Shown: positions 1 through 9,186, counted from the stretch's first letter. The stretch is DNA of 64,000 nucleotides from an uncultured Alphaproteobacteria bacterium (GCA_944391375.1 CALXTJ010000001.1:49729-113728); one strand, 5' to 3'. The notes: generated by a model from the sequence alone, not told the origin. Made by a program: numbers and translations.

Positions 1-2
1 AC

Positions 3-287
3 GGGGCAGGTTTTGAAGGGGATGATGCCGCAAGCATTTCCGTAGAGTTGGGAACGGATGCCGATGTCGGCAATCTTGAAAGTTTATGGAGCGAATTATC
101 GCGTAAGTATTCTTCGGTTCTTGGCTCCTACCAGCCGTTTTATTCGGTAGATGCACCGGCTGACGGTCAGGGTAAAGAATTGTTCCATTTAAGAATAGGA
201 CCGGTATCAACCATTGATGTAGGTGATAATATCTGCAGTCAGTTGGGCCGTAACGGCGTATTCTGCAGCGTAGTAAGGGTTCAGTAA
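3..287 (+). CDS. 3' end of a CDS truncated at the window start; the C-terminus looks like a SPOR (peptidoglycan-binding) domain
   Basis: The reading frame is open from position 3 to the TAA at 285-287. The C-terminal sequence LFHLRIGPVSTIDVGDNICSQLGRNGVFCSVVR fits the SPOR consensus (yRVqvGpf...A..l...L...G..afvv). Confidence 0.45.
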   Translation, partial: GAGFEGDDAASISVELGTDADVGNLESLWSELSRKYSSVLGSYQPFYSVDAPADGQGKELFHLRIGPVSTIDVGDNICSQLGRNGVFCSVVRVQ

Positions 288-300
288 GAATTAAGGTAAA

Positions 301-3300
301 ATGAGTAAAGAAGTTCTGACACATTCCGAAAGATATGTACGCAAGACCAATAGAATAATTTTAATCGTTGGTATAACCTCATTTGTGGTATTTCTATTCG
401 GCCTGTTATTGTTATTTTCCAGCGGCACGACGGAGAATGAATATCAGGAGCCGGTATTTACCGAAGATGACAGTGCCATCAATTTCGGAGAGGATCGCAA
501 TCCGTTATTGGACACAATAGAATTTACGGATGTGGAGGAAAAAGATTTACCGATAACCACTACGCCCAATCCTATAAGTATGGGCCAGGTTGTTTTGGGT
601 ACCGATGCTAAAAATGTTTTAACTATAGGCACCAACGGAACAACACCGATAAGAGTTGTTTCGGTCAAATTGGCTGAGCCGCCGTTTGAAGGTTTTACCT
701 TTAGTGACGGCTGTACAAGTGCGGAATTACGAGGCAATCAGACCTGTAATGTAACCATGAACTGGGTTCCGGTAACAGCCGGTAATGTACAAAACAATTT
801 TATTGTTTCGTGGCATGAGGCTAATGTCAGTGCTCAAAATGCCAAAGCCCAGAAAATTCCGGTTGAAGGTAAAGCAGTTACCAAAGAGGAATGCAGCTCA
901 TGCAGTACGGTAACGGGTATTCCGGATGCGGTTCAGGTTATCAAAGATGAAAACGGCAATATCATCGGGTACATAACATCCGACGGTAAAGCCGTTGATT
1001 TAAATGGCAATGAAATCGGTGTCGTACAAGGAGATGTTGTCGTTGATGAAAACGGTAATGTTATAGGTAGGATTAGTGCCAATAATGACAATGTAAGAGT
1101 AGCCTACGGACCGGATGGAAAAGTAATCGGTTATGTAGATAAAGACGGCTATGTCAGAGATGAAAACGGCAATATTATCGGTCGGGTCAATGATGAGGGC
1201 TTAATCGTTGATGAAAACGGCAATATTATCGGAGTGGCCGGTAACGAAAAATTAGTTTATGATGAAAACGGTAATGTGATAGGTTACGCCACAACAGACG
1301 GCAGGGTCATAGATTTTAACGGTCGGCAAATAGGCCGGGTAATGCCGGATGGCACGGTAGTAGATGCCAACGGAGCAGTAATCGGCAAAGTCGTTGAATC
1401 GGGATATGTTTACGATGAAAACGGTAATGTCATCGGCCGTGTTTTGGAGGACGGAACGGTAGTTGATAAGAACGGTAATGTCATCGGCAGGCTGAACGAA
1501 AACGGTGAAGTGGTAGACATGAACGGCAATGTTATAGGCTATGTCAGTAAGCCCGGAAGGACGGTTACGGATGAAGACGGCAATGTTGTGGGAGTGGTCA
1601 TGCCCGATAATTCCATTGTAGATGAGAATGGTAATATTGTAGGGTATGTGGATGAAAACGGGGAGGCTTATGCTTTAAGCGGTGAAAAAATCGGCAAGAT
1701 GGGACCGTCACGAAGGTTATATTATGATGAAAACGGTAATGCGATAGGGTATATAGATGAAAACGGCAACATTGTTGATTTTAGCGGCAATACCATAGGT
1801 AAAATACTGGACGACGGCACGGTTTTAGATGCTCAAGGCAATGTTATCGGTAAGATGTTGGAAGACGGAACCATTGTTGATAAGGACGGTAATGTATTGG
1901 GCAAAGCCGGCGACTATGTTAATTTAGCGGTAGATGAAAACGGCAATGTCATAGGTTACATAAACAAAAACGGCGAGGTGATAGACAGAAACGGTAATGT
2001 CATCGGTCGTGTTGATAAAGACGGCAACATTATCAGTAATAAAGCAGTTCGGATAGGGGCGGTAGTACGGACGGAGTTAATACCGGTTACGCCTTCGGGT
2101 ACGGTACTTGGCAAAGTATCTTCCACGGGAGAAGTTGTTAATGAAAAGGGCCAGAGTTTGGGCCGTATTTTACCCAACGGTTTGGTAAAAGAAGCCAACG
2201 GCTCCAAGTTTATAGCCAAAGGAGTTAAGGGCGGACTGGTTGTGGGCTGGGGCTGTTCTCAGGTAGGAACGCTCGGAGAGGACGGAATTGTTCGTAAAAA
2301 CGGCCAAGACATGCCTTATAAAATTACTCCCGACGGAGGAATTTATGATGATAAGGGCATGTATCTGGGCGAAGTTGTAAAAACCGGAAAAGTTTTTGAT
2401 AATCAATGTAACTATTTGGGCACGGCCAATGAACGCGGCATAGTCCAAACCGACAACAAAAAATATGTCGGATGTGTAAATCCGGACGGAAAAGTATTAA
2501 ATGAAAACGGCGATATTATAGGTAAAGTGGCCGAATATAAGTTTGCGGTTAATGAAAAAGGGGATTATGTTGGTTATTTAAATGTTAATGGACAAGTATC
2601 CGGAAGTTCTTTATTGCCGGTAGGTTGTATGAATACGGACGGGGAAATATTCAACTCGGAAGGGGAATATATAGGCCGGCAGGTTGATAAATTTTACATT
2701 TTCAGCTTAGACGGTAAATTTATGGATACCGTATCCCGAGACGGAAAAATTGATATCAAAGGCACCCCCGGAGCCAAGCTGTTTTTGCAAAAATATATAG
2801 CAGACGGCAATAACAAAATCATAGGCGTAGCTTATCCGGAAAGGAACAGAATAATCAATGCCGACGGCAAAATAATAGGCCAGTTGTTCGCAGATGGTAA
2901 TATTTATGATGCCCAAGGAATGGTTGTAGACAGGATTTATGGTGAAGGATTAAGTTTTTATGGTGGGCGAGCCGGAAAAATTTTACCTTACGGAAAAGTT
3001 GTCAACACTAAAGGCCAAGAGGTAGGGTTTGTAAATCCTGACGGAAGAGTTCTCAGTCGTTTCGGTGAATATTTCGGAAATATTGACACTAAGGGAAGAT
3101 GGTTTAATCTTAAAGGAGAATACTCCGGAGGGGTGGTCCATACGGGGGCCGGTATCGGTTATGACGGTTCTTACTTAGGTTACGCTTCACATTCGGGAGC
3201 CATAATCGGTTCCGGAGGAAAGATAAACGGTTACGGCAACGGTGCGGGTTTAATTTTAGATGCCAACGGAAAAGTTTTGGGCGATATAGTTGCGTCCGGA

Positions 3301-3921
3301 GCAGTAGCGGATTTATTTGGAAAATACAGCGGTTATACAGATGTTAAAGGTAATGTGTATGACTTAAGTAATAAATTTGTTACGGCGGTATTACCCGGAG
3401 GCTCAACCGATAAAGGATTGAGTATGTTAAGAAGAGGTATTGTCATTAACTTTGGCGGCAATGTTATAGGAGCGGTATATCCTGATGGATCGGTTATCAA
3501 TACCCAAAATGTAATTATCGGCAAGGTTTATTCCGACGGCAAAGTTGTCAATGAAAAAGGTGAGCTGTTAGGTGAAGTTGCCGAAGGCGATATAGTAATA
3601 GACAATGCCGACAAAGTAATTGGTTATGTAGCTTTTGACGGCAGTATCCGCGGTCAAGATAACGGCATTATCGGAAGATTATTATCGGGAGGTTTGGCGG
3701 TAGATAATCAAAATAATATTTTAGGTAAAGCCTATCGTATCGGGGCTTCGGTAGTATCCAATGACGGAGCTTATATCGGGTATCTTTCATCAGACGGCAA
3801 GGTTATCGGCAATAACGGAGAAAATGTCGGTTATTTAAAAAACAACGGTTCGTTTGTTGATTTAGATAAAAAAGTTGCGGGATATGCTTTGCAGGAAGTG
3901 GCACAAAATCGGAGGAATTAA
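301..3921 (+). CDS. 1206-aa bitopic membrane protein with an N-terminal TM anchor, an Ig-like segment, and about 55 degenerate 17-aa DENGNVIGxVxxDGxV repeats
   Basis: The ORF has a Shine-Dalgarno (AAGGTAAA) upstream of the ATG. Residues 1-20 are hydrophilic and followed by a TM segment (IILIVGITSFVVFLFGLLLLF). Most of the remainder is a repeat with a 51-nt period, and the DNA motif gatgaaaacggYaatRtYatMgg recurs at 946, 1045, 1159, 1210, 1261, 1414 and beyond. Confidence 0.85.
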   Translation: MSKEVLTHSERYVRKTNRIILIVGITSFVVFLFGLLLLFSSGTTENEYQEPVFTEDDSAINFGEDRNPLLDTIEFTDVEEKDLPITTTPNPISMGQVVLGTDAKNVLTIGTNGTTPIRVVSVKLAEPPFEGFTFSDGCTSAELRGNQTCNVTMNWVPVTAGNVQNNFIVSWHEANVSAQNAKAQKIPVEGKAVTKEECSSCSTVTGIPDAVQVIKDENGNIIGYITSDGKAVDLNGNEIGVVQGDVVVDENGNVIGRISANNDNVRVAYGPDGKVIGYVDKDGYVRDENGNIIGRVNDEGLIVDENGNIIGVAGNEKLVYDENGNVIGYATTDGRVIDFNGRQIGRVMPDGTVVDANGAVIGKVVESGYVYDENGNVIGRVLEDGTVVDKNGNVIGRLNENGEVVDMNGNVIGYVSKPGRTVTDEDGNVVGVVMPDNSIVDENGNIVGYVDENGEAYALSGEKIGKMGPSRRLYYDENGNAIGYIDENGNIVDFSGNTIGKILDDGTVLDAQGNVIGKMLEDGTIVDKDGNVLGKAGDYVNLAVDENGNVIGYINKNGEVIDRNGNVIGRVDKDGNIISNKAVRIGAVVRTELIPVTPSGTVLGKVSSTGEVVNEKGQSLGRILPNGLVKEANGSKFIAKGVKGGLVVGWGCSQVGTLGEDGIVRKNGQDMPYKITPDGGIYDDKGMYLGEVVKTGKVFDNQCNYLGTANERGIVQTDNKKYVGCVNPDGKVLNENGDIIGKVAEYKFAVNEKGDYVGYLNVNGQVSGSSLLPVGCMNTDGEIFNSEGEYIGRQVDKFYIFSLDGKFMDTVSRDGKIDIKGTPGAKLFLQKYIADGNNKIIGVAYPERNRIINADGKIIGQLFADGNIYDAQGMVVDRIYGEGLSFYGGRAGKILPYGKVVNTKGQEVGFVNPDGRVLSRFGEYFGNIDTKGRWFNLKGEYSGGVVHTGAGIGYDGSYLGYASHSGAIIGSGGKINGYGNGAGLILDANGKVLGDIVASGAVADLFGKYSGYTDVKGNVYDLSNKFVTAVLPGGSTDKGLSMLRRGIVINFGGNVIGAVYPDGSVINTQNVIIGKVYSDGKVVNEKGELLGEVAEGDIVIDNADKVIGYVAFDGSIRGQDNGIIGRLLSGGLAVDNQNNILGKAYRIGASVVSNDGAYIGYLSSDGKVIGNNGENVGYLKNNGSFVDLDKKVAGYALQEVAQNRRN
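940..2040 (+). repeat. Best-conserved block of in-frame tandem 51-nt (17-aa) coding repeats, VxDENGNVIGYVxxDGx
   Basis: Spacings between successive gatgaaaacgg motifs are 99, 114, 51, 51 and 153 nt. More degenerate copies continue to about 3850 and recur across 4020-6900 in the next gene. Confidence 0.85.
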
Positions 3922-3922
3922 A

Positions 3923-6900
3923 GTGTTTGATAAGTCGGTAAAAAAAATAAAAGCACTGGCGGCGGTTATTGCAATCATGTTAATAACGGTCAGTCCGGCG
4001 TTTTCACAAGAAATTACGGCCATCAATTTTAACGGCGATTTAATCGGAAAAGTAATCCCCGACGGAACGGTAGTAAGTTTTGATAACGAAATTATCGGCA
4101 ACATAACGGCCGACAGCTTTATTGTCAACGGCAAGGGAGAGTTGATAGGCGGTATAGTTCCGCAAGGAGTGGCCATAGGCAATGACAATAAATTATTGGG
4201 CAGAGTAAGCAACGACGGTACGGTTCGTCTGCCTTCGGGTAAGATAGTCGGTAAAGTTTTGCCGACATCATTGGTGGTAGATGATGCGTACAACATTTTA
4301 GGTTCGGTTTTATATCCGGGCTTGGTTTATGATGATGAAGGAAAAACGGTCGGACGCTTAACCGGCGACGGTTTATACATTAGTCTTGAAAGTCAAAACA
4401 TAGGTTTTGTTTCGGCCACCGGCCATGCGTATCGTAATACCGGTAAAGGATTTATTTTAGACGGTAAGTTAATATCTTCCAAAATGGTAGTTTCGGCAGA
4501 AGGAAAATTTATCGGCAGCATTACTGCCGGAGGTGTAGTTACCGATTTTTCTTCAAATCCGCTCGGCCAAGTTCATGCTAACGGTTATGTATATGATAAA
4601 AACAATCAAGTTATTGGTAAGACGATATCTAAGGGGTACGCTTTTGACAATTACGGTCAGTATTTAGGTTTGGTAACTTATAACGGTGAGGTTTTAAGCC
4701 AAGGAGATATTAAAGGTCGGCTTCGTGCGGACGGAAAGATTATCAACAACGAGGCACAGGTAATAGGTTTTGCCATAGATATTTCGGCAACAGCTTCGGA
4801 TTTTAACGGCAAATATTTAGGAAGAGTAATTCCCGGAGGTCAGGTTGTTTACTCCGGAGAAAGCGTTGGAACGGTAGGTGCCGGAGGCTACATTTGGAAT
4901 AAAGACGGAGCAGTTATAGGTCGGATTATAAAACCCGGTCCGGTATTTGACTATTTAGGAGAGTTAAAAGGTCAAACTGCTTATAACGGTACGGTAGTAT
5001 CATTGCTTGGAGCACCGATAGGTTATGCCAAAGGCAAGATTGCCTATGATAATATAGGTCGTATATTAGGTTCGGCAATGGACAGTGTACTGGTTTATGA
5101 TAATGCGGACAGATTGTTGGGTTTAAGCGGTATAGGTTCGGAAATAAAGGCCAACAATCAAATATTCAAGGTTTCGCCTTTTGGATATGTTTATTCTGCG
5201 GACAATTTACTGGCCGGCCATACGGTAGATATTGATGCGGTATATGATGAGGCGGGTCGTCCGCTGGCTTATATAGGAATAAGCGGAGAGTTACAAAATA
5301 TTCCGGCGGAGAAAAACTATCAAATTACACAGTTCGGCTTGGTTACGGATAGCACCAACCGTTTACAGGGAGCTCCGATTAAGCCGTATTTTGCGGTAGG
5401 TGAAGACGGTCGTGAATTAGGGGTTCCGGCTCAAAACAATTTGTTGCTTGATAAACAACGCAAGGTAAGCGGAAAAATAGTTCCCGAGTATAAGGTTACG
5501 GCAGATACAGAAAACGGAAACAACAATCAAATGCCGATAATCGGCGGAGTTGGCCGTTTCAATTTAGCTTTAGGTATCGGAGGGGATACTTTGGGCTATG
5601 TAGATTTAAGCGGTAAAGTTCGTGATTATTCCGGTAATGTTATAGGACAGGCCTTAGGCGGTGAGACTATAGGAGATGTGAAAAAATCGGTTATCGGTAA
5701 GGTAATGGATTTGCAAGGAGTGGTAAATGACCAATGTTCTTTTGTAGGTATTGTCGGCCAAAAGGGAGAAGTTCGCAACAGCCGAGATGTTATTTTAGGC
5801 AAGATACTAAACAACAATCAGGTTATTTCGGAAGTTGGGAATGTGGTTGGTTTTGGTGTACCGATGGGTTTGGTAACTGATTTTACCGGTAACAGTATCG
5901 GCCATGTGAATGCGTTAGGGCGAGTAATCAATTATAATCGCGAAGACTTGGGTTGTATCCGCCATGATGGCCGTTTGTATGATAAAGACGGAAAATATTT
6001 AGCTCGCAGGGTAGTTACATCACCGATAATGAATTTTGAAAATCAGATTATCGGCCGCAGCAATCTTAACGGCAGAATTATAGATGAAAAGAGTGCGGAT
6101 ATAGGCTATATTACGCCTGATGGAAGTGCAGTATCTTCACAAGGCACTATTTTAGGTACGACATTTAATTACAAAGTGGCATTCAGTGAAGATAACAGCT
6201 TTTTGGGACGAGTTTTGGAAAACGGCACGGTGGTAAGCGATAAAGATGATGTTTTAGGTAAGGTATTATTTGACGGAACCGTAGTAAGTGAAGACAAACC
6301 GATAGGATATGCGTTATACGATTTTTACATATATGATGGAGCCGGCAAAGCCATAGGTTATTTATCGGGAAGCGGGGAAGTGCTTAATTTTGCAGGCAAT
6401 AAATTAGGCCGAGCCGATAAGGGATTTTTAGTGGATGCGGAAAAGGATATATTAAGAGGCCGAGGCCGTCGGGATTACTTTATTCGTGATGACGAAAATA
6501 AAGTAATAGGAGAGTTATCATTAAACGGCGAAGTTATCGGATTAAACGGTAAGACGGTTGGTAAATTGGGCAGTAACGGTGAAATCCTAAGCGATTCCGG
6601 AGAAGTTATCGGCAAAGCCCGCGAGTTACAATATTACACCATAGAAAAGCCCGAGCCGGTTAAGCCGGCAGATTGGGCAACAACCCAAAGAGGCAAGAGC
6701 GATAACATCCAAATGGAAGCCGTTCCGGTAGCGGAAGAAACCGAAGAAAGTAAGTACGGATTAAAGACGGTAGGTATAGCATTAACCCCCGACGGTAACT
6801 ATTTGGGAGATATTTTAGTCAATAATGATGTTATAGATAAGTTAGGTAATTTAATAGGCAAAAAGATGCCTGACGGCTTGATAGTAGACAATCAGGGAGG

Positions 6901-8158
6901 CTTAATCGGTATAGAAGAGGCTAAAGGGGTACAAGGCGGTCAGATGTTTATACCGGCCGGAACATTTGGGTCCGGCGGAGCATACGGCACGGGCAATAAT
7001 CCGGCTAATTTAGGTCCCGGCGGAGGTTTTGGTCCGGGAGAAAGATATGATCCTGTAAGATCAAGAGCATTGGCGATGGCACAGAATGCCAGAAGAGAAG
7101 AGATAGTTGTCGGCAAAATATCCAGCAACGAGGATCCGGAAAGTTTTGACGGCAAGCAGGCGTATTGGAAGGGAGTTCCGCGGCAAATATCCAGTTGGCG
7201 AGTTGATATGAGCGAGATGATATTGGCAGACAAGCCGATACCGGCGGTTTTGGCCCGAACGATTATGTCCAGCAACGGAGCTGATAATGTACCGGTAACG
7301 GCAATAGTAGAGCGAAATGTATATGCAGAAACCGGCCGCAACATAGTAATACCGGCAGGTAGCAGAGTTATGGGAACATCTTCGGGAGGAGCAGCCGGCG
7401 GAAGCGGAGCGGTAAGAGTTTCCATTACCTGGACGCGTCTTATTCGCCCGGATGGTTCGGCTTTTGAGTTTTCATCGGCCCAAACCGGAGATGCACAAGG
7501 TCGTGGCGGAGCGTTAGGATACATAGATGAGCAGTTGGTAAAAAAATATACCTTGCCGATGATTACCAACTTATTGAGCAGTGCGGTAGCTTATGTTGCG
7601 GCCAGCGGAGAAACAACTACGACAGCGGATGGAGGAACGGTAGAGAGTGCTCGTCAGGAAGCCTCGCAGGATGCCCGGGAGAACTTTTTGGATAATATGG
7701 ATACCATGTTCAACCAAATTTTGGCTGATAAAACGGATATTGCGGCAGTTACCTATGTTCCGGCCGGCACCCGCTTGATTATTTATCCTAAGGAAGACTT
7801 ATGGATAAGAACCAGAGAGCGTACGGAGGAAGAATCTTTAATGGCCAGCAACAAGCCTACGGTATTCTTAGACGATCGTGATCCGACCGGGGAACTTGAA
7901 AGATCCTCAGGCGGTAATGCCGGAGGCAATAGCAGTAGCGGAACGGGTACGGGAAGCGGCACCAGCGGAGTTGTGTATGTAGATAACAGCAATGCCGAGG
8001 TGCAAGGTACCCCCTTAATTGATGAAACAGATACCGGGGGCAAAAACAAAAAACAAACTCGTCCGACAGGTATACCTCCGGTAACTTCAACCGGAGCCAC
8101 ACCTCCGCCTCCGTCATCAACGGCGGGAGTAAATAATACTTCGGCCCAGCTGTTCTAG
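3923..8158 (+). CDS. virB10: Giant VirB10/TrbI-family protein of about 1411 aa: TM anchor, a periplasmic repeat region of about 1000 aa, a Gly/Pro linker, a VirB10 C-terminal domain, and a Gly/Ser/Thr/Pro tail
   Basis: The VirB10/TrbI signature lies at about 7190-7800: IPAVLARTIMSSNGADNVPVTAIVERNVYAETGRNIVIPAGSRVMGT...VRVSITWTRLIRPDGSAFEFSSAQTGDAQGRGGALGYIDEQ. The N-terminal region carries a degenerate xxDxxGxxIGxVxxxGxV repeat like the upstream gene. I prefer the GTG start at 3923, which has a GGAGG box 7 nt upstream, over the ATG at 3875, which overlaps the upstream gene by 47 nt. Confidence 0.85.
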   Translation: MFDKSVKKIKALAAVIAIMLITVSPAFSQEITAINFNGDLIGKVIPDGTVVSFDNEIIGNITADSFIVNGKGELIGGIVPQGVAIGNDNKLLGRVSNDGTVRLPSGKIVGKVLPTSLVVDDAYNILGSVLYPGLVYDDEGKTVGRLTGDGLYISLESQNIGFVSATGHAYRNTGKGFILDGKLISSKMVVSAEGKFIGSITAGGVVTDFSSNPLGQVHANGYVYDKNNQVIGKTISKGYAFDNYGQYLGLVTYNGEVLSQGDIKGRLRADGKIINNEAQVIGFAIDISATASDFNGKYLGRVIPGGQVVYSGESVGTVGAGGYIWNKDGAVIGRIIKPGPVFDYLGELKGQTAYNGTVVSLLGAPIGYAKGKIAYDNIGRILGSAMDSVLVYDNADRLLGLSGIGSEIKANNQIFKVSPFGYVYSADNLLAGHTVDIDAVYDEAGRPLAYIGISGELQNIPAEKNYQITQFGLVTDSTNRLQGAPIKPYFAVGEDGRELGVPAQNNLLLDKQRKVSGKIVPEYKVTADTENGNNNQMPIIGGVGRFNLALGIGGDTLGYVDLSGKVRDYSGNVIGQALGGETIGDVKKSVIGKVMDLQGVVNDQCSFVGIVGQKGEVRNSRDVILGKILNNNQVISEVGNVVGFGVPMGLVTDFTGNSIGHVNALGRVINYNREDLGCIRHDGRLYDKDGKYLARRVVTSPIMNFENQIIGRSNLNGRIIDEKSADIGYITPDGSAVSSQGTILGTTFNYKVAFSEDNSFLGRVLENGTVVSDKDDVLGKVLFDGTVVSEDKPIGYALYDFYIYDGAGKAIGYLSGSGEVLNFAGNKLGRADKGFLVDAEKDILRGRGRRDYFIRDDENKVIGELSLNGEVIGLNGKTVGKLGSNGEILSDSGEVIGKARELQYYTIEKPEPVKPADWATTQRGKSDNIQMEAVPVAEETEESKYGLKTVGIALTPDGNYLGDILVNNDVIDKLGNLIGKKMPDGLIVDNQGGLIGIEEAKGVQGGQMFIPAGTFGSGGAYGTGNNPANLGPGGGFGPGERYDPVRSRALAMAQNARREEIVVGKISSNEDPESFDGKQAYWKGVPRQISSWRVDMSEMILADKPIPAVLARTIMSSNGADNVPVTAIVERNVYAETGRNIVIPAGSRVMGTSSGGAAGGSGAVRVSITWTRLIRPDGSAFEFSSAQTGDAQGRGGALGYIDEQLVKKYTLPMITNLLSSAVAYVAASGETTTTADGGTVESARQEASQDARENFLDNMDTMFNQILADKTDIAAVTYVPAGTRLIIYPKEDLWIRTRERTEEESLMASNKPTVFLDDRDPTGELERSSGGNAGGNSSSGTGTGSGTSGVVYVDNSNAEVQGTPLIDETDTGGKNKKQTRPTGIPPVTSTGATPPPPSSTAGVNNTSAQLF

Positions 8159-8167
8159 GAGAGTAAG

Positions 8168-9139
8168 ATGAGTACATTTACCGTTTTAGAATCCGTTTTA
8201 AGACCTTTGGCGTATTGGTATAATCAGGATAACATAGAGGAAGTTGCCATCAATCGTTCCGGTCAAATATGGCTGCGTTTGCGAGGCAAAAGAGCTTATC
8301 CGTGGGTAATGTATAAAGATGAAAAGCTCACCAAGGAGTATTTAACCGATTTACTGTATATTGTGGCCAACACTTATGAGCTGCCGTTTGATCCGATACA
8401 AGGTTCGCCGGTGGTGTATGCCACAATTCCCGGAGATCACCGTTTTTCGGCCATAGCCGGTCGGAATATTATGTATGATCAGGACGATTTAACCGGAGGC
8501 GTGGCGTTAACCATTCGTGTTCATAGCGATGAAGTGGCTTTTGGTCTTGGTGACTATGGTTTGCAACAAGGTAAAGCTTTACACAAAATCAACCCGCTAA
8601 AACAGATTAAAGATCCGGAAGATCCTTATGAGAGATTGCTGTTAAGTATTAAACGAGGTGACCATATTTTAGTCAGTGGTGCCACTTCAACAGGTAAGAC
8701 CACTTTTTTAAATAACTTACTCAAAATTTTGGATATACATAAACGCATTGTAACCATAGAAGATACACGAGAACTTATAGTTCCCCATCCTAATCGTGTA
8801 CATTTGGTATTATCTCGTACTGAGCAAACCAATGAGATGGACTATGCCAAAATTATTGACTTGGTGGTTCGTTTTACTCCCGATGCGATAATCGGAGGTG
8901 AGATTTCCACAAGCAATGCCGGAGCGTTGTGGGAGTTGATGGGTTCCGGTCACGATAACTGCTTAGCAACTATTCACGCCGAAAGTTCGGAAGCTGCCTA
9001 TCAAGCGTTTACGGACCGAATTTTGCATACATATCCCAGTATAGACAGGGCCAAGACCATAGAAGAAATGCGTCAAAAGTTAAGGGTTGTACAAATCAAT
9101 CGTGACGGCAACCTGCGTGCAATTACGGAAATTACCTAA
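8168..9139 (+). CDS. virB11: VirB11-family type IV secretion ATPase (323 aa)
   Basis: The Walker A region reads ILVSGATSTGKTTFLNNLLKIL, followed by IVTIEDTRELIV, which is typical of VirB11/TrbB hexameric traffic ATPases. A GGAGAG ribosome-binding site lies upstream, and the gene starts 9 nt after the virB10 stop. Confidence 0.85.
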   Translation: MSTFTVLESVLRPLAYWYNQDNIEEVAINRSGQIWLRLRGKRAYPWVMYKDEKLTKEYLTDLLYIVANTYELPFDPIQGSPVVYATIPGDHRFSAIAGRNIMYDQDDLTGGVALTIRVHSDEVAFGLGDYGLQQGKALHKINPLKQIKDPEDPYERLLLSIKRGDHILVSGATSTGKTTFLNNLLKILDIHKRIVTIEDTRELIVPHPNRVHLVLSRTEQTNEMDYAKIIDLVVRFTPDAIIGGEISTSNAGALWELMGSGHDNCLATIHAESSEAAYQAFTDRILHTYPSIDRAKTIEEMRQKLRVVQINRDGNLRAITEIT

Positions 9140-9156
9140 AATCAATATAAAAAGAG

Positions 9157-9186
9157 AAAGGCTCGTTAAAAAACGGGCCTTTTATA
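9157..9186. terminator. Bidirectional rho-independent terminator between convergent virB11 and engB
   Basis: AAAGGCTCG-TTAAAAAA-CGGGCCTTTT is a stem-loop flanked by A and T runs. Confidence 0.5.

Noticed and set aside
6940-7569. 209-aa antisense ORF inside virB10, with the similar antisense ORFs 7783..8100 and 7857..8177
   Set aside because: They are fully embedded antisense to a conserved domain-coding region. Their Pro/Ala-rich translation is typical of GC-skewed antisense frames, and they have no ribosome-binding site.
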